A stretch of DNA of 63,995 bases, the filler included, from Diploschistes diacapsis (lineage: Eukaryota): assembly GCA_023645945.1 (NCBI GenBank). It is 4 parts of 4 records of this genome, joined end to end, with 100 filler letters (N's around TTAATTAATTAA, not from the genome) between each part and the next. Parts side by side here need not be neighbours in the genome. Positions count along the whole stretch, not along the records: positions 1 to 16,740 come from JALAIB010000488.1; positions 16,841 to 33,560 come from JALAIB010000489.1; 2 more parts are not named here. One strand, written 5' to 3'. The notes under the pieces were generated by a model. That model had not been told where the DNA came from, made no database searches, and saw nothing but the letters and a program-made list of their open reading frames with translations. The position numbers and the translations under genes are program-made. Of the stretch, positions 12,568 through 25,255 are shown piece after piece (position 1 is the first letter of the stretch; each line of letters opens with the position of its first letter).

Positions 12568-12881
12568 CAGAGCAGTTATTGTGACCGAAATAAATATATA
12601 TTTTACCATTAGCCTTTACGCCCTTTTTGCGGGTCTTTCAAGTGATGTTTATTATAAGTTTTTTTTACACCCACGCTCCTTTAAAACAAATATCACCATT
12701 CGAATCAGAGTCATTAGTTTAGTCTATTCACCGTTACCTTCGATATTCTTTGCTTCAAATAAACCGTGCACGTATATTGAGATGTAGTGGGAAGACATAG
12801 AAATTTCAGAAAGATCGGAAGTGTCAACTCCGATAATTTACTTATGTAATAGCGTTTATTTCGGTCAGAATAACTGCCCCC
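12568..12881. mobile_element. Non-autonomous hAT-like MITE (~314 bp)
   Basis: Left end CAGAGCAGTTATTGTGACCGAAATAAA and right end TTTATTTCGGTCAGAATAACTGCCC form an inverted repeat (2 mismatches over 25 nt). The interior is AT-rich and non-coding. The same terminus recurs at 34283-34306. Confidence 0.75.
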
Positions 12882-13311
12882 CTATTCAGCCTTACGATAA
12901 AAGTCCGCAGCGACCCGAATGCTTATTATAGAAAGCTTCTTGGTGGAAAGTGAGATACAACCAGAATCTATATTGAGGAAGTGTTAATAGTTGAGACATT
13001 GAGCAAATGACCTTTATGAATCGTTACTGTTGATTGTGGGTTCTTCTCTTACTTAAGTGAGCTTTAACGTGTAGAAATTGAACATTGGCTCTTATTGAAC
13101 AACGCATCAAGTCTTCGAACAATTCGATGAGCGTACCGTTGGAAGAACACTCGAGTAGGATGTTTGAGATTTATACAAGTCACCTGAATACAATCGGCAT
13201 GGTGTGACCTGCGGTAACCTACTCTTGATATGCTATTTCGGAATTATATAATCTCGACCTCATAACGTGGCCTGGCAATTAGGATAACTTCATATTGACG
13301 GACAGACGATC

Positions 13312-14123
13312 ATGATATCCATCCAGAACGTTGCTACGGTTCTCGTCCTCCTCCTTCTGGCGATCATTGTATGTATGGTGCCCATATCATTCCGCTGCCT
13401 CCATACTAAATAGTATAGGGTCGTCTCCTCTTCGTACATACTAGGATCAATCCGCGTACATCGTTGAGGCGTTCTCGTGGAGACAATACGCATCTTCTTA
13501 TTGTGCTCGGTAGCGGAGGACATACTGCCGAAATGCTCTCGATGCTTGATGATATGGATACTGCAAGTTATACTTTCCGCACCTATGTTGTTGGGAACGA
13601 TGATAGTTTCTCTGCACAGAAAGCGCGTAACTTTGAGTCAGAGCTGGAAAATCGCGCTGAGCAGAATCACAAATTCTATGGAGGATACAATGTGGAGATT
13701 GTTCCACGTGCTAGGAAAGTCCACCAAAGTTTGCTCTCAACTCCTCTCAGCGCTTTGGTATGCCTCCAGGCTTGCCTGGCGATCCTGCGAATCCGTGAAA
13801 AAAATGTGATGCTAGGTCAGGTAAAAGACCAGAAATTTTCAAGTTCATATCCTGATATCGTTATCAGTAACGGTCCGGCTACAGGTTGCATCATGCTTTT
13901 GGCTGGCTTTCTGCTTCGCTTTGCTGGCTTCAGGGGAACCAAGAAGAGCTTGCGTACCATATACATCGAAAGCTGGGCCAGAGTCCGGGGCCTCAGCCTT
14001 AGCGGGAAATTGTTGACTATCACCGGAACCTGTGATCGACTTTTGGTACAATGGCCGCCGGAGAACAATAGATCTCGTCTTATTGGTATCAGACCGGAGT
14101 ACCGGGGTCCTTTCGTTGGCTAA
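13312..14123 (+). CDS. ALG14: UDP-N-acetylglucosamine transferase subunit Alg14
   Basis: Hydrophobic N-terminal exon from ATG 13312, an intron, then LIVLGSGGHTAEML, PRARKVHQS, NGPATG, YIESWARV..LSLSGKLL, LVQWP. Confidence 0.92.
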
Positions 14124-14255
14124 ATATTGGCTGCTCCCTAACAAAGACCGCCTTAAGATTCTATCAGGCCAGGTACAGACATTTTTCAGCGCGTGTTCTA
14201 GGCCAGGGCGTTGCATTTACTCCGTTGAAGATTGAGATATTATCGCGCCAAACGA

Positions 14256-14719
14256 TTAATTGACACTATCATCGGTATTTCGCTTCGTTGTGGCGTAGAC
14301 GAGGCCTCCGGCCGCCAAGTTTACCAAACACATCCCCATTGTTGCGCCTCTGACTACCCCTCTTGTTCCCCATTTCTGCTTTAGCGGCGTCTTTCTACGC
14401 CGGGCGAGCACAAGATATAGACCTGACCAAGCTGCGCTCGTGCCGGCGGCATCCACCTTTGCGTCGTTGATGTTCATGTAAGAGCTGAGCAGCAAGAGAG
14501 GAGGGAATAACAACGGGAGGAATTGTGGCGGCTGAAGATGTTGAGCAGCTATCAAGGTAGCTGTGATAAGAGGAGGGCCTGATGATTCTGCGCACGTCTT
14601 TAGTACCACACCGCGACGCACATGAACATTGCCTCACTTCCCCATGACCTCAAATAACCTGCTACAGATTTTGTAGCATCTACCTCAGCGGTTGATAGTT
14701 GGCCCTCTTTGCCTGCCAT
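14256..14719 (-). CDS. Small conserved fungal membrane protein (possibly Aim19-like)
   Basis: Hydrophobic segments PPLITATLIAAQH..LLFPPLLLLSSY..DAAGTSAAWSGLYLVLARRR..GMCLVNLAAGGLVYA. Probable ATG at 14719 with one intron. Confidence 0.65.
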
Positions 14720-15071
14720 GATACAAGTTGGGGAACGCGCTACCTTCGCAAGACCCTGGGTCCTGTTCAATGACTGTGAAATTGGGTGACTGAAAGGTGC
14801 AAATTAAAGATTTCTGACCCGACGAAGCTCCTTTAGAATGGCCTACTCCAATGCTCCTGTAGAAAGCTTGGCAGCTGCAACGGGTGCCAGATTATTGCGG
14901 CCCTACACAAGGCTAACAAGACCACGATGTCTTCATAAACAATCATCATGTGTATTTATATTCTCACCTATCGCTGAAACCATTCTTAAGTCTTTTTTTC
15001 AATCGCTTCACAGGTTTAATTGCGATAGTGCTACACAGGCACAACTCCGCAAGCCTTTCCGCGACTGTGAT

Positions 15072-16228
15072 ATGTCTGACGCAAGGCCGAATGGAGATAC
15101 GAAGAGTCGAGAGCATAACCAGGGGAACCAGGGACGGAAATTTACGGATGAGCAGAAGGCGGCGGTGATTCGAGTCCGGAAATGCTCACATACCGCCTTT
15201 TACCAGATCCTGGGGATCGAAAAAGGATGCTTAGATGCCGAGATAAAGAAGGCCTACAGGAAGCTGAGTCTCTTAACGCATCCTGATAAAAATGGGTACG
15301 AAGGTGCAGATGAGGCTTTTAAGAGTAAGATAGAAAGGTTGCGAGCCTGGCACTCACGCTGATCAGGCTGCAGTGGTGTCCCGAGCCTTTCAAATACTTT
15401 CAGACCCTGAGAAAAAGACGAAATATGACACCTTTGGTGGTGACCCAGATAGCCGGTTCGGCTCCAGCGCTCCTTCATCATCCCCCTTCAGTGGGTTTAC
15501 GCAAACGCCTCGGAGCGCCAGAAGCTCCATGTTTGAGGAAGAGATATCACCGGAGGAGCTGTTCAATAGATTCTTCGGCGGTGGAGGTATGGGCGGCGGC
15601 TTCGGGCCTTTTGGTATTGATCCTCATGCCGAGCTAATGACTTCTTACTAAACTATACAAAGCTGGAGCGGAACCATTTATGGACGGCCAACAGTTCGTT
15701 TTCAACCTCGGTGGAGGCCCGGGTTTCCGAGTACATCAATTCGGTGGACCAAGGCCGAGGAGAAGACCACGCGACCCGAACAACCCGCAGGCAGATCGTC
15801 CGTCATCCATTTCCTCGCTGCTATTGAATCTACTACCACTCCTTGTCCTTTTCGTCCTACCCATGCTTTCCTCACTTCTCGCATCTTCCCCTACACCAGG
15901 ACCCGAAATCTACAGCACCCCAGACCCACCGCATACGATGAGGCGGGTTTCGCGGCCTAGAGGTCTCCAAACATACTATGTGGATCCAAACGAAGTACCC
16001 GATTTCAAGCAGAAGAACTGGCACGAATTCGACAAACAGATCGAGATAAAATACATCCATCAGTTACAATACGAATGCACAAGGGAACAACAAGTGCAGA
16101 ACAGGATGATACAAGATGCGCAAGGTTTCTTTTTCCAAGACGCTGACAAGATGGCCCAGGCGAGGAGGATGGAGAAGAAGAGCTGCAATAAGCTGCGCAG
16201 CCACGGCATACCCCACGAATACTACTAA
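15072..16228 (+). CDS. HLJ1: ER-membrane DnaJ chaperone Hlj1/DNAJB12-like (J domain, TM, DUF1977)
   Basis: J domain ([17 protein letters not shown]), [14 protein letters not shown], a TM segment and a C-terminal DUF1977-like region with two Cys; two introns. Confidence 0.9.
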
Positions 16229-16740
16229 ACACACAAACGAGGCGTATATTGCAGGGGATGGAATGAAGGCATTGAGCGACGGCGTTTTGGGCCTTTAAGA
16301 TGGGCGGCTTTTTCCCATTTATGGCTTGTGTAGTAAGACCAACGCTAAAGAATCGTGTTGTGATTCAATTATCACTCGAGAGCTCCATAGTACCTCTGAA
16401 TGTCCATACTTGATTGCATTACCTATGATATCCACAAGGCTCAGACCTGATGAGTCAGAAGCTACTGCTCCTTCCCCGGTGGCGAAGAACTGAAAAGGGC
16501 TCCTGCCACAACTTCTGTTACTTGGTAAACTTTATTAATAGTCCTCTATTTATATATAAAAGACTCTGTACTTCTACCTTGTCCTTGATAACATAATATA
16601 ACTCCAGTATTTCCGAGATTCCATTCGACATTGTGTATTTTGTATAGCGCAACTCCACCCCAACTCATATACACCCGGAAGGCAACACATACAAACGAAC
16701 AACAGACCATGCCAAAAAAGCACACCTCCCCCTACACAAC

Positions 16741-16840
16741 NNNNNNNNNNNNNNNNNNNNNNNNNNNNNNNNNNNNNNNNNNNNTTAATTAATTAANNNN
16801 NNNNNNNNNNNNNNNNNNNNNNNNNNNNNNNNNNNNNNNN
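16741..16840. other. Assembly gap with TTAATTAATTAA linker
   Basis: N run with an artificial six-frame stop linker. Confidence 0.98.
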
Positions 16841-16864
16841 GGGATGGAGGGGGGGGGGGGCCAG

Positions 16865-19175
16865 TTAGTAGTTTGCTGGGTCGTTCCCGCACACCGTAAA
16901 ACGAGACTTGGGGCCTAGTGGCTGTTGGCGTCGGCATATCTGGAGTGCTACTAGAGGACTCACGAAATAACAGAAATGTTCGGGCGCAAGTTCAACGCAC
17001 TCGGGCTGCTCGTTCGTCAATGCCCGTACTGAAGCTGCCGCTGTAAAGCCCCCATGCGTCGTGATGTGCAAGACCAGGTTGGCCGTTGGGCTGATATATC
17101 GGCCGTGAGAATAGCACTCAATACTGTTGAAGTGTCTTACGACAAACGGTAGTGACTCCTTGAAGGTTTGTCGCAGTCGGCGCACTCGACGTAGTCACCG
17201 TCCATATCGTAAGGCGAGCAGGTAGTTCGGGTGACACGGTAACCGAGAGAGTCGAAACCGACGTCGTTCGCTTTCGGTAATCGGAGGGTTGCTTTGGATG
17301 GGTTCGCAGGTAGAGTGTTACAGAAGCATCGTACGCGTCCTTGATGTCGGAAAGATCTTCGCAGGTCTCGCAGGCTGTAAAGATATTAGCAGATGTAGCG
17401 CCAAAAAAAAAAACCCTGTAGGCATATATACACGCCGTGACAAAATAACTCGTAATGAAAATCATTAAAGCCTCCAACAAAATCGCTGAAGCTGAAACGA
17501 TTTTTCAATGCTTGTTTGAAAGGAGCAGTAGTGGTGGTCGCGACGAAGCCTGCAAAGCTTGTTGCTGTTGAGAAGCTGATAGAAGGAGATCCAGTAGCAG
17601 TAGTGAAATCAGAGGGCAAGATCTCAGTGCCGGAAATATCTGGCGTGATGGCGCAGGTAGCGTAGTAGGCGCTTCCTAGATCATCTGCACGGCTCTGAGC
17701 GAGTTCAGCTGGAGAGATGAAGCCATCAGCCGTGAGCGCGCCCTGGAGTTGCCACTAGCACGTCGCGTTAGTGGGCTGGATGGGGTGAACTTTCTAGGGT
17801 TGGTGTGACCGTTGTCATTGCTCCCAAATTCAAAACAATATCACCGGCAGCGTTGTAGACCATGCCAGCCCCGATCTCAGCCAGGATATCCTGCTCGTGT
17901 GTGGGTGAGCGTGGTGTTCGTGGTTGGATTTCCCCCTGGATATGGTGGTAAACTTCCTATAGATTTTGGCCCTGAGGCAGTTTTCGACCACGACGCGCTA
18001 GCAGATCTACTGCTTTCAGATCCAGAAATACTGCTGCTAGAGCCGGAGCCATTGCTAGCAGACCGGACCCGCTGCCATTAGATCCAGAGCCCATTAACAC
18101 CACTCCCAGATGGGCCGCCACTGGAGCCAGTGTCACTGTTGCCAACGCCAGGAAATCCGTTTCCGGCGCCAGGACGATTGCTGTCTGAGCCAGAAGATCC
18201 GTTACCGACACTGGGAGCATTGCTGCCAGAACCTGAGCCGGGGCCGCTGCTACCGGATCCTGGAGCAGCTCCTCCGTCCGAGCTAGGCGAAGACCCAGAA
18301 GCTGCAGTAGAGCTCGGGGCTGTAACAGAGATTGGCGTAATAGTCGTGGCGTAGGTGCTGGAGTTTAATGTCGACCTTTGCGTGGAGTACCCCGTCACAG
18401 TCCTTGTGTATGTCCTTAGCGCTTCCTGCCCCGAAACCACATTGCTGTAGCTGATCTGAAGCGTGACTGCAGCATCCATCCACGACGCAGGCTGTGCATT
18501 CACGATCATAGTTAGCGCGGCCTCATAAAAGTAGTTGCTCTGGACCAACCAGACTCCTCTTTCGTTGATAGGGTTGCAGCCGCGATCGTTTGTAATGAGC
18601 ACGAATCTGCTGTCGGCCATTGCTGTACTTGGGCGAATAAGCCTTTGTTGTTGAACTGGATATCAAGACTCTCTTCGTAGAGGGATAGACTCGAGATATA
18701 CGCAGAATTCTAAAGAGTCACTTGAGAATACATCACCGAGAATTCGAGAACAGCAGCGTAATTTCCGAGTTCAAGCGGTTCTGCATATTTCAATATAGCA
18801 GTCAACGAAGGGACCACATTTTCAAGGTCATTCCTATCCACTGATGGGTTCGGCAGTGGGAGCATATTCTTCATAGGTAGGTCTCCTGCCGAGCTAGGTG
18901 ATCCAGGAGGCCCTGGGAGTGAAGGTGGGCTGAATGTACCTGCATATGTTGGAGAATCAGATGTGGGGCGACTGGTTGTATTGCAAGCACTTACGGCGTG
19001 GCGCTTGTGGGACTGCTCGTGGGGGTATCAGCCTCGCATGAGCCTACATCTGCGGTATTTGTAGCTGTAATTGTTCCATTATATGCTGTGGTAGTAATAG
19101 CATTTGGTATATTTGGGGCAAAGCAGCAGCGCAAGGAGCTGCCGTGAATAGCAGAGAAACCATTGGGAACCTCAT
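16865..19175 (-). pseudogene. Decayed secreted Ser/Thr/Gly-rich cell-surface protein gene
   Basis: Signal-peptide-like MRFPMVSLLFTAAPCAAALPQ from ATG 19175. S/T/G-rich fragments (GSGSSGPGSGSGSN, TTTTAP) follow in several frames, broken by stops and frameshifts (e.g. near 19110 and 18080). Confidence 0.5.
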
Positions 19176-20720
19176 TTTAGCACAATTGAATATTAGAATT
19201 CAAAGAAAATAGTATGCTGCAAAGCTAGTGTACGGCAACTCAAAGGTTGCCTAATAGTAAGGGAAACGGAAAAAGAAGAGGAGAGGGAGTGACGGGGCTC
19301 TAAGGCCAGCGAGCAGAGATATGAGACGAAGTCAAAGAGAGGAGATGCGTGGATACTTACTGGAATCAAGCTTCGCATATGACAGGCGCCAGAGACGCTT
19401 AGAGCGCCATGTGTGAATAGATTCACACAATGGACGGAGACCAAGCTGCTGGAAGCTAACTAGCCGCGCCTGGAATGCCATATATCGACAATCTAATGAA
19501 GACTCGCTGTAGATTCAGGACCCAGGCATCTTGAGAGACCTACTCATGGGCCTTGACAAATCAGTGAACCCTTCAGCCAGATAAAGTTAAAGAGCCTGAA
19601 CCGCCACAAATACTCTTTGGAATGTTAGCTCAATATCGACCTTGCTACTGGAACGGCGAGATGAATTCAAAGATCGTGGCCAGAAGAACAACGAGGAAAA
19701 AGATAACGGAAAAAGGGACCGGGTCAGATCCACAAGGGAGGGCTATACCCGAAAATGCCAGCGCTGATCTCCTGATCTCCCGTTTTAGGAACCACATCGC
19801 CGCCACGATTGGCTTAGTGCTGTTTATATTTCTCGCCTATGGATACTCCTTTGTCCCTGGATCCCTGAGCTCGAAAACCTTGGAATCTACCGCGATCTCA
19901 CACTGCATTTCGGATTTCCGTATTATGTGTTATTTCACGACTCTGTACTTTTTCAGCGACACCAGGCGATCGAGTCTTTCGCTCCAGAGAGTCCGGACAT
20001 TCTTCCGTCGAAGACTGCTCCTTATGGTCCCTTATTGGTGGACATTGCTTGGTGAGCCAGAGAGATCTACCTGTTAGTTTGTGTACCCGCACTCGGTTGC
20101 TTTCGCATTCACGTTCTTGGGTAATCTAGAGAGTATGAGAGATGTTAAGAATGCTCGAAACGACAAAAATTGTAAACGAACTTGACAGGTGTTATTGGGG
20201 ACGTTTCGGCTTGAACACGCTGTTCGTGTGTTCAAGAAACAGACAGCGAAGGTCTGACGCGTAAACAAGAGCTATTGGGCAGTGGAAGTTTATCCCGGTA
20301 ACGATAGCTTTACAGAGACATCTATGTACCTGCTTTATCGATGTATTACGTTCCCATGACCTATCATTTCACATTATGAGCGGCCACAAATGGCGTACAA
20401 GTGACTTCTTCACAATCGGTGCGAAGAATTATCGCACTTCATGTGCAAATGGGCAAGTGAGAAAACTATCCTGTCTCTTATTCTCTTATTGTCCGAAAGA
20501 TCCATTGATTTGTTCGCTGTAAAAAAGACTATAACCTGCAGAACGAGCTGCATGGTCAGTCCGAAATCAGAAGAAACATCCATGCACGTTACTGTACTGT
20601 ACTGGAGACTCCACCAAGTCAAACACCCCATGATGCCTGCTTGTCCAGACCAACCATATGAAGAAAGGACTCCCAGGGAGAAAATGCATCCATGATCGTC
20701 CTTTGTGTCTCCAGATCCTT

Positions 20721-22355
20721 CTATTTCCTGGATCCCTTCGCATTAGCTCGCTCTCCACTCCTCCTATGAGAGGATACGAAACTTACCAACTCGGCTCATC
20801 AGCCTCAATCTTCGGCGTACTAACTGCGTTGCGATCCGCAAATGGATCATCCTCGTCCTCTTCATCCTCCGGCTCCTCCCTCAATTTTCCCTTTCCCCCG
20901 TAAGGCGCCGTGGCTGTCAGCGCAGGTAGCCTAGGCGGCATAACCGGAGGCCGTAGTTCTTGTCCCCTCAGGCTTAGTCCCGCAAAGTGTGACGCTACGC
21001 TACCCGGACCTGGCGATGTAGGTGAGTCTAGTCCAGCAGCTGCACCTTGCCTGACAGCATTCGCTGATGCAACGTCCGGGTCATCATAGTCTTCGCTGTC
21101 CGAGTCATAGTCGTGCGAACGGTCTAGTTGCTCATACAGAATGAGTGCGTCGCTTAGTTGGTCATTTGCGTTCAAAAGGGTGCCGAGGTAGCTCTCGTCT
21201 ATGACAAGAGAGCAGTAGCGGAAGGTCTGCCGTCGGAGTCCTTTGCATGTCTCGAAGCGTTGACGAGCATTATGGTTCTCCGAGACGCGCTCGTGCTCGC
21301 GATTGATGAGTTTGAGGGCGTTGAGGAGGCCGATGGATTCAATGGAAGCATATGTGATCACTTGGTTGATTTGCGGCTTTTCTTTCTCAAAGTTGAACGG
21401 CTGGGCCTTGGAATTTTCCCGTGTTCGCTTATTTTTCTTAGAGGACTTGAGTTGAACGGGAGGTCCGGAGCTGTAGGCTGGCGAGGTGTAGGCCATTTGG
21501 CTGGCACTCTTATGGAAGTCCGTGCTGGATGAATGTCGATGGTGGCTCGAGGCTACGGCAGAGGACGAAGACGCTGAGATTGATCCGGCACGCCGACGTC
21601 TTGTGTCTTCTTCTGCATCCTCATCCTCCTCACGTTCTGTTTCCCGAAGGACTTTCGAGGTCTCTTTGTTCGGGGCTCTCTTGCGTTGGGGCAGCTGCTT
21701 GTAAAGTGTAGCAATATTTTGCATCCCAGGGGTGTTCCTGTATACAACAGCCCATCTTCTATAAAGCTCGTTGCACTTTTGCTTCACTTCTACGTCGGTC
21801 ATTTGATCCGTGACCATGAACCTCAGCCGCTCCAGTAGCATCTCATCTGCAAACTGCTTTTGGAACCTTGGTCCCGCATTTCCAATGAGATCGTCTAGAA
21901 TGACCAAGGCTCGTATCTGCCTATGAGGATTTCCATACTTCCTTTTCGATTGTTAGCAAAATTACTGTTCATCGCCTGTAATGAGCTTTACAGCTTTTTG
22001 CGGATAGCGCGTGCTGCTTCTGTAGGGCCCGTCGTCTGTTGAAGCTGGATCGCCTCGATCAAGGTCGGTAGGTCACTCAGATCATCTATACCGTACTCCT
22101 CTTTTGTGAGTCTTTCAATCAGTGCAGTCACGGCTGTTATTGGTTTCTTGTTCACATTAGTCCTGTAGCCCATTGGAGAGAATATCGTTTTGTCGCCTAG
22201 CGGTAGCTTGCTTTGGCCAGAGCAGAACCTCATTCTTAGAACGAACAAAGCTTCCTGTATATATCCTGCCACAAGCTTACATAGAAACCAATTGGAAAAA
22301 CTATCAGATCATAGACGGTTGTTAGGAAATTTTCTCGTACCTCGGAACGAAACAT
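20721..22355 (-). CDS. LSB5: VHS-GAT domain endocytic adaptor (Lsb5-like)
   Basis: MFRSE, intron, KPITAVTALIERLT; GPTEAARAIRKKL, intron, KYGNPHRQIRALVILD (VHS); GTLLNANDQLSDALILYE (GAT); acidic DDPFAD motif; final micro-exon W-K-stop. Confidence 0.85.
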
Positions 22356-23242
22356 TGTTGCTATAGATGTGCAAAACACTCCTCGCTTGGTTGATTAGAA
22401 CACTCTACCGGCCTTATCGTGGGTAAAAGGGTCTCGAGCTAAAATCTACTAGAGTGAATGACTGCCTGGACGATCGGTAGTGGGAATGACTTCTGATGCA
22501 AAGCAATTTTGCTGTCTGCGCTTTCCTTCAACCTTGTGGTGGGGGTCCGTCACTCACTGTCATATTGGTTCGTGCAACGAAGCCCAAGCTTACAGTGTAC
22601 TAACTCACCGAAGCTGGAATGAATGCTTGGCAGACGTACGCTTATCTGGACGATTATGCCCTCCAGAGCAGGCCACAGAACATCGAAGAAAGAATGACAG
22701 CGACTGCGTGAAGGTCGTCTGGCAATGCTGGACAATGCTGCACTGCCCGAAGGATGTTGTCCCGTATCAAGTAACTAGCAGTTTCCCTTTTGGGATCAAA
22801 GCGTCGAACACTCGTCCATATTTCTTTATCCAGCGAACATTTCGTGCTGCCTCTAAGAAGTTCCGGAATCTATTAGAGTCAGAAACAAGCATCATTATAG
22901 GATTGAGCATTAATCACAACTTATGATGAGTGGGAATGGAGGGCCAAGGATCGATGGTCACTTAAATCTATTGTAGTATGTACTATTTGATCTTCTCAGT
23001 ATTACATGATAATGCTATTATCAGGCTGATATATAATATTTTAAGCCTTCCCGCATGGACGAGATAGATCTCGGGGAGAAGAAGGGAGGTCGATGTTTCT
23101 GGTGTCGGCTATGCTGTCATCTGTCGTTCTTGGGAAAGGGGCTGAAACTCGCTTCGTGAGTTGGCCACCACAAGCTATCCTATGTTATGAGTAGTCTTAT
23201 TGAACAATCTGTGTGAAATATAGCTGAGCCTATGAACTTATA

Positions 23243-24739
23243 ATGACCGATTCAAGTTTGCCAGACTCAGGAGAGAAAGACTGCTATCCTACGACTCTAG
23301 GATTCACCCCAGTCAATAACTCTGGGGTGCTCCAGCACAATGACTCAAGCCTTGAGAAGCAACCAGCCCAGAAACGGAGGAAGACGAATCAGAGAAAAAC
23401 CCCAAAAAGCCTCTCCCAAACGCTCAAACCGAAAAGAACGTCTTCGAAGCTGACAGCTAAGGTAACGAAACCATGTCAGGAAGATGCCATTTCCTCTCGG
23501 ACTCCATCCTGGGGGAAAGGATCTTTGCTCGAGCGCCATCTGGGCGATGAGGAGCTAAATCTGGACAACGAGGAAGCTTCCAAACAGCTCCAGGAGCCGA
23601 TAAAGAGGAAACTTGCAGGTTTTCGCTATACCGTCCCTAACGCCGAAGTTCATCAGAATGCGAATGAGCCACATCTTCACGGTCAGCAGTGCGCCATCGA
23701 TAATGAAGAGGAACCTCCACCAAGCCATCAGTTAGAACGAGATGTGCTTCTTTCCAATGAAGATGAGTCAAGCTGCCGAGATAACCAAGGACCTCATGAA
23801 AGGGTCCAGCGCCGTAGACTGCTCGATGAAACCACTACACTCCAAGCACCACCTTCAGACCTAGCTTTGTATACTCCATCGAGCAATCACACAGTTCCAA
23901 CGCAGCTTCGTCCGGGAAACGAGGTTATTGACTTCAGCGAATGGCTAGAAACTGAAGCAGATAGTCAGCCAGAAGAGTTCGACGGAGATGAAGAAGAAAC
24001 AGCAGCTTTCCTCGAACTTACAGAAACAACTTCAGTAGCCTCCCTCCCCGCTCAGACGGCCAACATCTCTGCTGAGCCACCAGCAAACGTCCTCATCCCC
24101 TCCACCCAAGCCAAAATACCAGCATCCCCTCCCTCACCACCTCACAGAGTATCTCTCGATTTCTCAACGATCCCTAGTCTTCATTTCAACAACAGCCATA
24201 CCGCCCACTACCAGCCCCCCTCACCCACCTCTATCTCTACACCTTCACCAACCTCTCCACCTCGCCCCTTCATGCGCGGCCTCCACCCACCATCACTAAC
24301 CCGGCGCTCTCCCATCCCCGGCCTCTCGCCCACACCCCGGATCCTAACCTGCTTCCGCCTCGGCGAAGCCATCAACGTCACCTCCCGCGCGCGGCGCGCA
24401 GGCCATCCCGTACAAGTCGAGCTCTACGCCCGCGTCCTCTCCTCTACGCGGGTAGGTGATGTGCAGCACTTTCGCTTCGCGGACCTGTGGTACAAGCCTC
24501 CCAAGGGGGGATTGGTCATTGAGGGGATGTGGAAGGGATGGAAGGACGTGGAAATGTGGGAGAGGGACGGGGAGGCATTTCTCGATGGTATAGATGCGGC
24601 GAGCGGCGAGGGGAAGTTGTCTAGGATTGTTGGGAGGCTGGAGAGGAAGGCGGCTGGCGGGTGGAATATTGAGGTTGGAACATGCTGGGAGGTGGAGTGG
24701 GGGGACGTGGAGGTAGTGAAAGGGATCGTGTGCGCTTGA
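23243..24739 (+). CDS. Uncharacterised fungal protein with disordered N-terminus and globular C-terminal domain
   Basis: Intronless 498-aa ORF. The C-terminal ~150 aa (TCFRLGEAIN..VELYARVLSS..QHFRFADL..RIVGRL..W) look like a beta-rich folded domain. Confidence 0.75.
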   Translation: MTDSSLPDSGEKDCYPTTLGFTPVNNSGVLQHNDSSLEKQPAQKRRKTNQRKTPKSLSQTLKPKRTSSKLTAKVTKPCQEDAISSRTPSWGKGSLLERHLGDEELNLDNEEASKQLQEPIKRKLAGFRYTVPNAEVHQNANEPHLHGQQCAIDNEEEPPPSHQLERDVLLSNEDESSCRDNQGPHERVQRRRLLDETTTLQAPPSDLALYTPSSNHTVPTQLRPGNEVIDFSEWLETEADSQPEEFDGDEEETAAFLELTETTSVASLPAQTANISAEPPANVLIPSTQAKIPASPPSPPHRVSLDFSTIPSLHFNNSHTAHYQPPSPTSISTPSPTSPPRPFMRGLHPPSLTRRSPIPGLSPTPRILTCFRLGEAINVTSRARRAGHPVQVELYARVLSSTRVGDVQHFRFADLWYKPPKGGLVIEGMWKGWKDVEMWERDGEAFLDGIDAASGEGKLSRIVGRLERKAAGGWNIEVGTCWEVEWGDVEVVKGIVCA

Positions 24740-25255
24740 GGAAAGATGGGTTCGATGAGATGAATTTGGTGGGCATGAAGTAGGAAAGAAAACTGTTTGC
24801 TTTGGGTGATGATGAGGGTAGGGAAAAGAGAGTCGAATCCAGCGCTTAGATGCTCTGATTTATACACAACTGCCATGGATGGACTGTGAGCTGTGCGGAT
24901 ACTCTTGGTATGCTTGGAACTATTGTACGAGCTTCCCGTAATATTTTGCGGACCAAAAGCATGATGAGGTAGATAAACATGAAAATGGTATTGCAATGCC
25001 TGAATGATAATCAAAACACTCAAATCGAACTACCTAAAACTATCCCTTACGTACGCGTGGCTAAAACATTGACTTTGAAGGAAACCAAGAGTGCCATATC
25101 GAGTTTCCTACCAGAACCAAAGGCCACCATCCGGCTTCGCGCAACGTTCGAATGAGATGCCGGTCAACCATCTTCGAATGATCCAATTAGATATGTTTCG
25201 GCGTCGGAGACTCGCTACTAAACATCAGCGGCTCGTGGGAGAGGTGCTGGGTTGA

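Noticed and set aside
15195..15210. GCCTTTTACCAGA resembling U5 snRNA loop I
   Set aside because: It lies within the HLJ1 J-domain coding sequence (AFYQ), with no U5 stem or Sm site.
16447..16500. CTGATGAG...GAA motif suggesting a hammerhead ribozyme or C/D snoRNA
   Set aside because: No stem II closing onto CGAAA, and the C-to-D spacing is too short with no evident guide.
16785..16796. TTAATTAATTAA palindrome repeated three times in the window
   Set aside because: It is always centred in N runs, so it is an artificial scaffolding linker.
19622..20700. Short ORFs between the secreted pseudogene and LSB5
   Set aside because: No family motifs and frequent stops; a gene call cannot be supported.
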